A stretch of DNA of 64,000 nucleotides. It comes from an uncultured Actinomycetota bacterium (GTDB lineage Bacteria; Actinomycetota; Actinomycetes; BP-191). The translations under genes were made by a program, and so were the position numbers. Under the pieces are notes generated by a model, which was given only the letters and a program-made list of their open reading frames with translations, had not been told where the DNA came from and ran no database searches. The stretch's first letter is position 1, and every line of letters begins with the position of its first letter. Of this stretch, positions 1 to 8,598 are shown in pieces. Location of the stretch: contig CAVXXT010000005.1 in NCBI GenBank assembly GCA_963765815.1, positions 150,238 to 214,237 of the forward strand, written 5' to 3'.

Positions 1-11
1 CGCGAGGGCGC

Positions 12-548
12 TCACGTCGAGGAGTGTGCGCCATGGTCGACCGGGCCGACGTAGCGCATGTCCGGAAGATCGGTGCCGAACAGGTCTATCCGCTTCTCCG
101 TGCCGTCGGGCCTGAGCCCGGCCCGCTCGTAGAAGGAACGTGCGCGGGGGTTGTCGGTGAGCACCCACAGGTACAGCCGCTCGTCCCCCGCCGCGGCCAG
201 CTCCGCGCGGGCGGCGGAGAGCAGCCGGTGGCCGACCGGCGTTCCCCAGCGGGCCTCGTCGACGTAGAGCGCGAGGACCTCGGCCGAGGCGTCGACGTCG
301 TCGTCACGGGGATCGCCGAAGGCGACGAAGCCGACCAGCCGGCCGTCCTCCTCGGCGACCAGCGCCGATCTCGGCGGGTCCACGTCGCCGCGTGCCGTGG
401 CCCGCCAGCGCTGCGCCCGCTCGGCCAGGTCGACCGAGTCGAAGCCGGCCGCTGCCACGAGCCCGCCGTACGCCGACCGCCAGACGGCCAGGTGCAGGGC
501 GGCGAGCTCCTCGGCGTCGTCGACCCGGAGCGGGCGGATGTCGATCAT
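12..548 (-). CDS. GNAT family N-acetyltransferase
   Basis: C-terminal part of ORF 12..1862. ATG at 548 gives [19 protein letters not shown]...; contains [20 protein letters not shown] and [16 protein letters not shown] motifs. Confidence 0.85.
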   Translation of the reverse strand: MIDIRPLRVDDAEELAALHLAVWRSAYGGLVAAAGFDSVDLAERAQRWRATARGDVDPPRSALVAEEDGRLVGFVAFGDPRDDDVDASAEVLALYVDEARWGTPVGHRLLSAARAELAAAGDERLYLWVLTDNPRARSFYERAGLRPDGTEKRIDLFGTDLPDMRYVGPVDHGAHSST

Positions 549-674
549 GACGACGGATTCTCCCCGGTGAGTCGCACCGGCGCATCCCTCCGGTCGCGTA
601 GAGTGCCGGTCTGCCGCTCGCTCTTCCCCGGGCCCCGCGGGCTGCTCTGGTTCGAGATTCCTACGGAGCTCAGC

Positions 675-1424
675 GTGCCCGACATCGTCCCGCTCAAGGT
701 CCAGCTGATTGCCGCGACCCAGTTCTTCCCGCCGGTCGAGGTGCCGTGGGAGACAGACGCGGACGGCGGCCAGGCGCTCGCCGAGTTCGCCGGCCGGGCC
801 TGCTACCAGTCGTGGAAGAAGCCCAACCCGGCTACTGCGACCAACGCCGGCTACCTGCAGCACATCCTCGACGTGGGGCACCTGAGCGTCCTCGAGCACG
901 GCAGCGTGAGTTTCTACATCACCGGTGCGTCCCGGGCGCTCACCCACGAGCTGGTCCGGCACCGGCACTTCTCCTACAGCCAGCTCTCCCAGCGCTACGT
1001 CCCCGAGAAGGACGCCGCCATGGTCGAGCCGGACGTCATCTCCGAGGACCCTGAGCTGCACGCGATCTTCCTCGAGGCCAGCGACGCCGCGCTCGACGCC
1101 TACACCCGGCTGCTCGAGGGGCTGGAGAAGAAGTTCGCCGACTGGGACGACGTCACGGCGCGGAAGAAGAACGCGCGCCAGGCAGCGCGGGCCGTCCTGC
1201 CCAACGCCACGGAGACCCGCATCGTGGTCACCGGCAACTACCGTGCCATGAGGCACTTCATCCGGATGCGGGCCAGCGAGCACGCCGACGTCGAGATCCG
1301 CGAGCTGGCGATCGCGATGCTCTCCGAGCTCAAGCGGGTCGCGCCCAACGTCTTCGCCGACTTCACGATCACCGAGCACCACGACGGCACCCAGATCGCC
1401 TCGTCGGACTTCGCCGAGGGCTGA
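675..1424 (+). CDS. thyX: FAD-dependent thymidylate synthase ThyX
   Basis: GTG start after GGAG; [19 protein letters not shown] and [19 protein letters not shown] (RHRx7S signature). Confidence 0.96.
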   Translation: MPDIVPLKVQLIAATQFFPPVEVPWETDADGGQALAEFAGRACYQSWKKPNPATATNAGYLQHILDVGHLSVLEHGSVSFYITGASRALTHELVRHRHFSYSQLSQRYVPEKDAAMVEPDVISEDPELHAIFLEASDAALDAYTRLLEGLEKKFADWDDVTARKKNARQAARAVLPNATETRIVVTGNYRAMRHFIRMRASEHADVEIRELAIAMLSELKRVAPNVFADFTITEHHDGTQIASSDFAEG

Positions 1425-1521
1425 GCTCGCGCACCTGACCTGTCCGGAAATGGGTACGTTCCCCCTGCGACGAGCTCGGCCGTGTCCCCGAGGACCGGCC
1501 GCGACGACAGGGAGCCAGTAG

Positions 1522-2709
1522 GTGCAGATCGACTTCATGTCCTCCCAGCGGTCGAGCCTGGGCATCGAGGTCGAGCTCGAGGTGATCGACCGCCAGACGC
1601 GTGAGCTGTCCAACGACGGCGCCGAGATCCTTCGCGAGCTCGGCGGCGGTCGGCCTGAGGGCCACCCCAAGGCCAAGCACGAGCTGCTCGAGTCGACGAT
1701 CGAGATCATCACCGGCATCTGCACGACCGTGGACGAGGCCCGGCGCGATCTCGAGGGGACCCTCGCTGAGGTCAACGCGCTGGCTGACCCGCGCGGTCTC
1801 GCCGTCATGTGCTCCGGGACGCACCCGTTCTCGGACTGGAAGAAGCAGCAGATCACCCCCAACGAGCGCTACGCGCGGCTCGTCGAGGAGATGCAGTGGC
1901 TGGCCCGGCGGATGCAGATCTTCGGCATCCACGTGCATGTCGGCGTCCGCTCGCCGGACAAGGTCATCCCGATCGTCAACGCGCTGTCGACGTACATCCC
2001 GCACTTCCTGGCCCTGTCGGCGTCCAGCCCCTACTGGATGGGTCAGGACACCGGGCTGGCGTCGAGCCGGTCGAAGGTCTTCGAGCTGCTGCCCACCGCC
2101 GGGCTGCCGCACCAGCTCTCCGGGTGGAACGACTTCGAGGACTACATGTCCACGCTGATCAACGCGGACACCATCCACTCGGTGCGCGAGGTCTGGTGGG
2201 ACATCCGCCCGCACCCGGGCTTCGGCACCGTCGAGATCCGCATCTGCGACGGCATGCCGCGGATGAGCGAGATCGCCACCGTCGCCGCTCTCGGACAGTG
2301 CCTCGTCGAGCGCTTCAACACCCTGCTCGACCGCGGCTACACGCTGCCCGTGCAGAGCAACTGGATCCTGCGCGACAACAAGTGGCGGGCCGCCCGCTAC
2401 GGCCTCGGCGCGTCGATCATCCTCGACGACAAGGGCAACCAGCAGCCGCTGCTGGAGGCGATCCCCGAGCTGGTCGAGGAGCTCGCGCCGGTCGCCGACA
2501 AGCTCGGCTGCAGCGCCGAGCTGTCCCATGCGCTGACGATGATCGAGGAGGGGCCGAGCTACCTGCGCCAGCGGAGCATCGTCGATCAGGGCGGCTCGCT
2601 GCCCGACGTCGTCGACTCCCTCATCGAGGAGATGCGCACCGACCGCGCAACGCACCTTCCTGATGGACCTCGCTATGACGTGGCGGCGATGCGCCCGGTC
2701 GAGCTGTGA
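1522..2709 (+). CDS. Glutamate--cysteine ligase / YbdK-type carboxylate-amine ligase (GCS2)
   Basis: LGIEVELEVID, SGTHPF, IFGIHVHVG, LALSASSPYW, WWDIRPHPGFGTVEIRICD and NKWRAARYG. Confidence 0.93.
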   Translation: MQIDFMSSQRSSLGIEVELEVIDRQTRELSNDGAEILRELGGGRPEGHPKAKHELLESTIEIITGICTTVDEARRDLEGTLAEVNALADPRGLAVMCSGTHPFSDWKKQQITPNERYARLVEEMQWLARRMQIFGIHVHVGVRSPDKVIPIVNALSTYIPHFLALSASSPYWMGQDTGLASSRSKVFELLPTAGLPHQLSGWNDFEDYMSTLINADTIHSVREVWWDIRPHPGFGTVEIRICDGMPRMSEIATVAALGQCLVERFNTLLDRGYTLPVQSNWILRDNKWRAARYGLGASIILDDKGNQQPLLEAIPELVEELAPVADKLGCSAELSHALTMIEEGPSYLRQRSIVDQGGSLPDVVDSLIEEMRTDRATHLPDGPRYDVAAMRPVEL

Positions 2710-3878
2710 CGTCCTGGCTCGACGGATTCCTCGAGCGGAACGGCGCCGACCTGATCGCGCTCCGTCGCGACCTCCACGCGCATCCGGAGCTCGGCCGGCA
2801 GGAGACGCGCACGTCGGCCGTCGTCGCCGAGCGCCTCACCGCGGCCGGACTGTTGCCGCGCGGGCTCTCGGGCGGCACCGGGCTCCTGTGCGACGTCGGC
2901 GGCAGCGCCGGGCCGACTGTCGCGCTGCGTGCCGACCTCGACGCGCTGCCCATCCACGACCCCAAGGACGTGCCCTATCGCTCCACCAACGCCGGGGTCT
3001 GCCATGCGTGCGGTCATGACGTGCACACCGCGATGCTGGTCGGCGCAGGGCTCGCGCTCGCGGAGCTCGGCGCCGAGCTGCCCGGGCGGGTGCGGCTCGT
3101 CTTCCAGCATGCCGAGGAGCTGATGCCCGGCGGAGCCACCGACGCGATCGCCGACGGTGCGCTTGACGGCGTGTCCGCGATGTACGCGCTGCACTGCCAT
3201 CCCGGCTACGAGGTCGGGCAGGTCGGCGTCCGCGCCGGCGCGATCACCGCGGCGGCCGACATGGTCGAGGTTGTCCTGACCGGGCTCGGCGGGCACACGG
3301 CGCGGCCGCACGCGACCACCGACCTCGTGTACGCCGCGTCGCGGGTCGTCACCGATCTGCCGGCCGCGCTGAGCCGCCGGGTCGACCCGCGCCAGGGGAT
3401 GAGCATCGTGTTCGGCTCCATCTCCAGCGGTGTCGCGCCCAACGTCATCCCGCGGATCGCGACGATCCGCGGCACGGTCCGGGTCCTCGGCCACGAGGCG
3501 TGGGAGCAGGCGCCGAAGCTGGTCGAGGAGCTGGTCGCCGCGACCGTCGCGCCGCTCGGCGCCGACTACCAGCTGACCTACACGCGTGGCGTTCCGCCGG
3601 TCGTCAACGACGTACGCGCCACCGGTGTGATGGCGACCGCGATCACGCGCGCGCTCGGGCCCGACGCGGTGCAGCCGACCGAGCAGAGCCTCGGCGGCGA
3701 GGACTTCGCGTGGTACCTGCAGCAGGTGCCCGGCTCGATGGCCCGCCTCGGCGTCCGGCCGAAGCACGGCGCCGCTGACCTGCACGCAGCCGGCTTCGAC
3801 GTCGACGAGCGCTGCATCGCGGTCGGCGTGCGGGTCATGGCTGAGACCGCGCTCGAGGCGCTGCGCGTCTACTCCTGA
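2706..3878 (+). CDS. M20D family amidohydrolase
   Basis: RRDLHAHPELG, ALRADLDALP, HACGHDVH, FQHAEE, GGEDF and LH...FDVDE; start overlaps the upstream stop (GTGA). Confidence 0.93.
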   Translation: MTSWLDGFLERNGADLIALRRDLHAHPELGRQETRTSAVVAERLTAAGLLPRGLSGGTGLLCDVGGSAGPTVALRADLDALPIHDPKDVPYRSTNAGVCHACGHDVHTAMLVGAGLALAELGAELPGRVRLVFQHAEELMPGGATDAIADGALDGVSAMYALHCHPGYEVGQVGVRAGAITAAADMVEVVLTGLGGHTARPHATTDLVYAASRVVTDLPAALSRRVDPRQGMSIVFGSISSGVAPNVIPRIATIRGTVRVLGHEAWEQAPKLVEELVAATVAPLGADYQLTYTRGVPPVVNDVRATGVMATAITRALGPDAVQPTEQSLGGEDFAWYLQQVPGSMARLGVRPKHGAADLHAAGFDVDERCIAVGVRVMAETALEALRVYS

Positions 3879-5128
3879 CCGGCGACGGTCCCTGACGCGG
3901 CGGAGTCCTTTGCCCAGAGCGCGAACAGCCCGCGGTAGTGCGCGACGAACTGGTCGTGCTCGTGCTCGGGGAACGTCGACTTCACGGTGTCGACCAGGAG
4001 CCGGTCGAAGTCGTCCGAGGTGAAGTAGTCGTAGGCGACCTCATTCAGCGCCCCCAGCTTCGACGCGCAGAAGTCGCGGTACTTCGAGGCCTGGAAGTAG
4101 TCATCGGCCATCGAGCGGTACTTCGCGAGCTTGTCCTCGTACGACGCGTCGCTGTCCGCGACGTCGAACCACTTGCGGGTGTCGAGGTCGACCCGAGGCC
4201 TGCGCTTCGTCGCGGTGCAGAAGAGCGACCACTTCACGAGCGACGTCATCGCCCACGGGAAGTAGTAGTGCAGCGAGGTGATCGCGACGTCCGGGCAGGC
4301 GTTTGCGTAGTCGATCGGGTGCACCTGGCCGTCGCGGATCAGCGTCTCGCAGGAGTTGAACTCCCAGCGGAAGAACGCATTCACGATCTTGCCGATCGTC
4401 ACGACCTCGTCGCCCACCTCGGGGGAGAGGAAGTCGTGGGTCACCGAGTACCGGTCGTGCATCGGCCGGTCCGGCGCGAACTTCATCACCATCGTCTCGG
4501 CGCCGATCGACAGCGACCGGGCGAAGACGTCGAACCCCTCGACGCTGGCCTGCAGGTGCATCAGCCGCTGCCCGGACTCGTCGTACGCGCGGTGCAGCGC
4601 CTCGTCGTCGGCGATCCGCGTCACGCCGACCCACGCCCCGCCGTCGTACGGCTTCATGTAGAGCGGGTAGCCGACATGGTGAGCGACTTCGGCGAGATCG
4701 AACGGCTGGTTGTACTTCGCGGCGGTGTAGGGGAACCGCGGGTTGTCCAGCGGCTCCTTCTGCGGCACCAGCCAGGTGGTCGGCACCTTGAGCCCGAGCC
4801 GGATCATCGCGCAGTACGCCGCGTGCTTCTCCATGGCCTGGAACGTGAACGGGTTGTTGAGCAGGTAGACCTCGTCCATGAGGGCGACCTTCTTCAGCCA
4901 CTCCCGCGGCACGTGGTACCAGTAGGCCAGCCGGTCGACGACGAGGTCGTATCGACTCTTCTGCCGCAGGTCGAACGGCTCGATGGTGATGCGGCCGACG
5001 TCGTAGCGGTGGGTCGTGCTGCCGACCCGCAGTGCGGGGTCGAGGCGGCGGACCAGCGACTCGAAAGCCGTCGGCCAGTCCTCTTCCGTCCCGAGGAGCA
5101 GTCCGATCAGGTGAGTCGTGTCGGCCAT
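3869..5128 (-). CDS. ATP-grasp (RimK-like) amidoligase
   Basis: ATG at 5128 with GGAGG RBS; YLLNNPFTF, GYPLYMKPYDGGAWVGV and WEFNSCE...PIDYANACPD. Confidence 0.85.
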   Translation of the reverse strand: MADTTHLIGLLLGTEEDWPTAFESLVRRLDPALRVGSTTHRYDVGRITIEPFDLRQKSRYDLVVDRLAYWYHVPREWLKKVALMDEVYLLNNPFTFQAMEKHAAYCAMIRLGLKVPTTWLVPQKEPLDNPRFPYTAAKYNQPFDLAEVAHHVGYPLYMKPYDGGAWVGVTRIADDEALHRAYDESGQRLMHLQASVEGFDVFARSLSIGAETMVMKFAPDRPMHDRYSVTHDFLSPEVGDEVVTIGKIVNAFFRWEFNSCETLIRDGQVHPIDYANACPDVAITSLHYYFPWAMTSLVKWSLFCTATKRRPRVDLDTRKWFDVADSDASYEDKLAKYRSMADDYFQASKYRDFCASKLGALNEVAYDYFTSDDFDRLLVDTVKSTFPEHEHDQFVAHYRGLFALWAKDSAASGTVAGQE

Positions 5129-5268
5129 CCGCGGACCTCCGGTCTGTGGGCGAAGCGCGACCGAGGCTACCGAAGTGGGGCGATCCGGCGCGGAGCCGGT
5201 CAGACCGGGCAGCACATCCGCCGGATGCCGTACGGTCATCCGACGAGCATCGACGGACGGAGCGGACG

Positions 5269-6171
5269 CTGAGCACGACCCAGACGACGGACACGCCTTT
5301 CGGCCGCGTCCTCACCGCCATGGTCACCCCGATGACGGCGGACGGCGCGGTCGACCTCGACGGTGCGGCTGTGCTGGCCACGCACCTGGTCGACGCCGGC
5401 AATGACGGCATCGTCGTCAACGGCACCACCGGCGAGGCCCCCACGACCACCGACGACGAGAAGGACGCGATCGTCCGCGCGGTCGTCGACGCGGTCGGCG
5501 CGCGCGCCCGGGTCGTCGCGGGAGTGGGCACCTACGACACCGCCCACACGTGCCGGCTGGCGCAGCAGGCCGAGAAGGCCGGCGCCCACGGGCTGCTGGT
5601 CGTGACGCCCTACTACAGCCGGCCCCCGCAGGCCGGGCTGCAGGCGCACTTCGAGCGGGTCGCCGACGCCACGGCGCTGCCCGTGATGCTCTACGACATC
5701 CCTGGCCGCACGGGTACGCCGATCACGACCGAGACCCTGGTCCGGCTCGCGGCGCACGATCGGATCGTCGCGGTGAAGGACGCCAAGGACGACCTGGTCG
5801 CCAGCGCGCGGGTCCTCGCCGAGACCGACCTCGCCTACTACTCCGGCACCGACGCGCTCAACCTGCCGCTCCTCGCCATCGGCGCCTGCGGCATGGTCAG
5901 CGTCGTCAGTCACCTGGTCACCCCGGCGCTGGTCGAGCTGACCGCGTCGTTCCTCAGTGGAGATGTCCTGCGCGCCCGCGAGATCAACGCGCAGCTCCAG
6001 CCCGTCTACACCGGCCTCTTCCGCACCCAGGGCGTGATCCTCGTCAAGGCGGCGCTCCAGGCGATGGGGCTGCCGTCCGGTCCGGTCCGCGCGCCGCTCG
6101 CGGACGCCACGCCGGAGCAGGTGGCGCAGCTCCGGATCGACCTCAGCGCGGGCGGGGTCATCAGCCCATGA
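5269..6171 (+). CDS. dapA: 4-hydroxy-tetrahydrodipicolinate synthase
   Basis: FGRVLTAMVTP, GTTGE, VVTPYY, LYDIPGRTG and VAVKDA. Start is uncertain: CTG at 5269 follows GGAG, and the next ATG is at about 5320. Confidence 0.95.
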   Translation: MSTTQTTDTPFGRVLTAMVTPMTADGAVDLDGAAVLATHLVDAGNDGIVVNGTTGEAPTTTDDEKDAIVRAVVDAVGARARVVAGVGTYDTAHTCRLAQQAEKAGAHGLLVVTPYYSRPPQAGLQAHFERVADATALPVMLYDIPGRTGTPITTETLVRLAAHDRIVAVKDAKDDLVASARVLAETDLAYYSGTDALNLPLLAIGACGMVSVVSHLVTPALVELTASFLSGDVLRAREINAQLQPVYTGLFRTQGVILVKAALQAMGLPSGPVRAPLADATPEQVAQLRIDLSAGGVISP

Positions 6172-6181
6172 GCTGCTCCCG

Positions 6182-7873
6182 ATGAGTCACCCGCATCCCG
6201 ACCTGGTCGGGCCGCCGCCGCTGCCGGCCAACGGCCTGCGCATCGTCGCGCTCGGCGGACTCGGCGAGATCGGTCGCAACATGACCGTCTTCGAGTACGC
6301 CGGCCGTCTCCTCGTCGTCGACTGCGGTGTGCTGTTCCCGGAGACCGAGCAGCCCGGCGTCGACCTGATCCTGCCGGACTTCAGCTACATCCGGGACCGC
6401 CTCGACGACATCGACGCGCTGGTCCTGACCCACGGCCACGAGGACCACATCGGTGCCGTGCCATTCCTCCTGCGCGAGCGCGCCGACATCCCGATCGTCG
6501 GCTCCCGCTTCACCCTCGCGCTGCTGTCGGCCAAGCTGCAGGAGCACCGGATCAAGCCGGTGCTGGACGAGGTCCGCGAGGGCGACGTCCGCACCTTCGG
6601 CCCGTTCGAGGTCGAGCTGTTCGCGGTCAACCACTCGGTGCCCGACGGCCTCGCCCTGTCGATCCGCACCCCGGCCGGCCTGGTCCTGCACTCCGGCGAC
6701 TTCAAGATGGACCAGACGCCGATCGACGGCCGGCTCACCGACCTCGGCGGCTTCGCCCGCCTCGGCCGCGCCGGCGTCGACCTGCTGCTCTCCGACTCGA
6801 CCAACTCCGAGATGCCGGGCTTCGTCGACAGCGAGCGCGAGGTCGGCGACGAGCTGGCCCGGATCATGGACGCGGCGCCCGGCCGGATCATCGTCGCCTG
6901 CTTCGCCAGCCACGTGCACCGCGTGCAGCAGGTGCTGCTCGCCGCGCACAAGCAGGGCCGGCACGTCGCGCTGGTCGGCCGATCGATGATCCGCAACATG
7001 GGCGTCGCCCGCGACCTCGGCTACCTGCAGGTCCCCGGCAACCTCATGGTCGACATCAAGGACCTCAAGGACCTGCCGGACGACAAGGTCGTCCTGATCT
7101 CCACCGGCTCCCAGGGCGAGCCGCTGTCGGCGCTGTCGCGGATGGCCAACCGCGACCACCACCACATCCGGATCGTCGAGGACGACACGGTGATCCTCGC
7201 GTCGTCGCTGATCCCCGGGAACGAGAACGCCGTCTACCGCGTCATCAACGGCCTCTCCCGCTGGGGCGCGCGCGTCGTGCACAAGGGCATCGCGAAGGTG
7301 CACGTCTCCGGTCACGCGCCCGCGGGCGAGCTGCTCTACCTGCTCAACGCGACCAAGCCGCGCAACTTCCTGCCCATCCACGGCGAGTGGCGGCACATGC
7401 GGGCGCACGCGGCGCTGGCGATGGCGACGGGCGTGCCGGCCGAGCGGATCGTCATCGCCGATGACGGCGTCGTGGTCGACCTCGTCGACGGTGTCGCGCG
7501 GATCGTCGGCGCGGTGCCGTGCGGCTACGTGTACGTCGACGGCCTGATCGTCGGCGACGTGTCCGAGATGGCCCTGAAGGACCGCCGGATCCTCGGCGAG
7601 GAGGGCTTCATCACCGTGATCGTCGTCGTCGACTCGGCGACCGGGAAGGTCACCTCCGGCCCGGAGTTCTTCACCCGCGGCTTCGCCGATCCGGGCGCCG
7701 GCAGCTTCGACGAGGCCCGCCGCCGGGTCGAGGACGCCCTGGCCGCCGCCGGCGCCGAGGGCGTGGGGGAGACCCAGGCGCTGCAGCAGCTGGTACGCCG
7801 CACCGTCGGCCGCTGGGTGAGCGACACCTACGGCCGGCGCCCCATGATCATCCCGGTCGTCGTCGAGGTCTGA
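6182..7873 (+). CDS. rnj: Ribonuclease J
   Basis: LGGLGEIGRNM, THGHEDHIG, GDFK, GSQGEP and HVSGH; follows dapA as is usual in Actinobacteria. Confidence 0.97.
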   Translation: MSHPHPDLVGPPPLPANGLRIVALGGLGEIGRNMTVFEYAGRLLVVDCGVLFPETEQPGVDLILPDFSYIRDRLDDIDALVLTHGHEDHIGAVPFLLRERADIPIVGSRFTLALLSAKLQEHRIKPVLDEVREGDVRTFGPFEVELFAVNHSVPDGLALSIRTPAGLVLHSGDFKMDQTPIDGRLTDLGGFARLGRAGVDLLLSDSTNSEMPGFVDSEREVGDELARIMDAAPGRIIVACFASHVHRVQQVLLAAHKQGRHVALVGRSMIRNMGVARDLGYLQVPGNLMVDIKDLKDLPDDKVVLISTGSQGEPLSALSRMANRDHHHIRIVEDDTVILASSLIPGNENAVYRVINGLSRWGARVVHKGIAKVHVSGHAPAGELLYLLNATKPRNFLPIHGEWRHMRAHAALAMATGVPAERIVIADDGVVVDLVDGVARIVGAVPCGYVYVDGLIVGDVSEMALKDRRILGEEGFITVIVVVDSATGKVTSGPEFFTRGFADPGAGSFDEARRRVEDALAAAGAEGVGETQALQQLVRRTVGRWVSDTYGRRPMIIPVVVEV

Positions 7874-7954
7874 CCCTCCTCAAACTTGCCCGGTCAACCG
7901 GCGAGTCAGACCCCCGCAACCGCCTCGGGGGGGTCGAGTCGGCCGGTCAAGCAC
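7874..7954. repeat. Dispersed REP-like intergenic repeat, family A, copy 1
   Basis: TTGCCCGGTCAACCGGCGAGTCAGACCCCC (7886-7915) is identical to 51162-51191; the right arm GGGGGGTCGAGT(C/A)GGCCGGTCAAGCAC is also shared; forms an imperfect hairpin. Confidence 0.85.
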
Positions 7955-7964
7955 CGCGACGTCC

Positions 7965-8447
7965 CTACGAGCAGTTCTTCTGGTAGTACGCCGTCACGTT
8001 CGCAGCCGCAGCGGTGACCGCTGGGGTCGACACCTTCTCGAACACCTTCGGGTCGATCTTGCTGTAGTCGTAGTTCGCCTTGACCGCGGCGTCGAAGAAC
8101 GGCAGGTACGCGTCGCCGAGCAGCTGCATGTCCGACTTGATCTCCGCCGGGGCGACCTTGATCGCCGCGGCGAAGGACGCCTTCATCGCGTCGACGTTCG
8201 GCATGCCGGCCGGCGCGGCCGTGGCGGCGCCCGCGAAGGCGCTGCCGTAGGCGCGCGAGAACGCGAGCCCGTCCGCGCACACACCGCTGAGCCCGGCTCC
8301 GGCGCCGAGGCTCACGGCGGCGCTGGGGGAGCTCTCCGCGCTGCTCGTCGCGGGCGAGGTGGCCGCGTCCTTGCTCGACCCGCCCCCGCACCCCGCGGCG
8401 CCGATCGCCGCCGACGCAACCAGTCCGACGATCCATGCTCTGCGCAC
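7965..8447 (-). CDS. Hypothetical lipoprotein
   Basis: GTG start after GAGGGGG; signal peptide and lipobox AAGC, Ser/Ala linker, helical domain with a Cys pair (C...NCS). Confidence 0.75.
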   Translation of the reverse strand: MRRAWIVGLVASAAIGAAGCGGGSSKDAATSPATSSAESSPSAAVSLGAGAGLSGVCADGLAFSRAYGSAFAGAATAAPAGMPNVDAMKASFAAAIKVAPAEIKSDMQLLGDAYLPFFDAAVKANYDYSKIDPKVFEKVSTPAVTAAAANVTAYYQKNCS

Positions 8448-8598
8448 TGTGGCCCCCTCGGCCTTCCCCCGGCTCCGGTGGCCGGCTGGCTGAATGCGCA
8501 GCGTGGCCCGTCCCGCGCCGTCCGGCAACACCGCGCCACGCCCAGCCCTGTGACTGATGGTGTTTGTGTGACCCCTGTGGCGGGGTTACCGTCGCACC

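Noticed and set aside
12-1862. 616-aa ORF as a GNAT fusion, and 24..1424 as an extended ThyX
   Set aside because: Only the last 178 aa are GNAT and ThyX begins at 675; the extensions are antisense read-through of each other.
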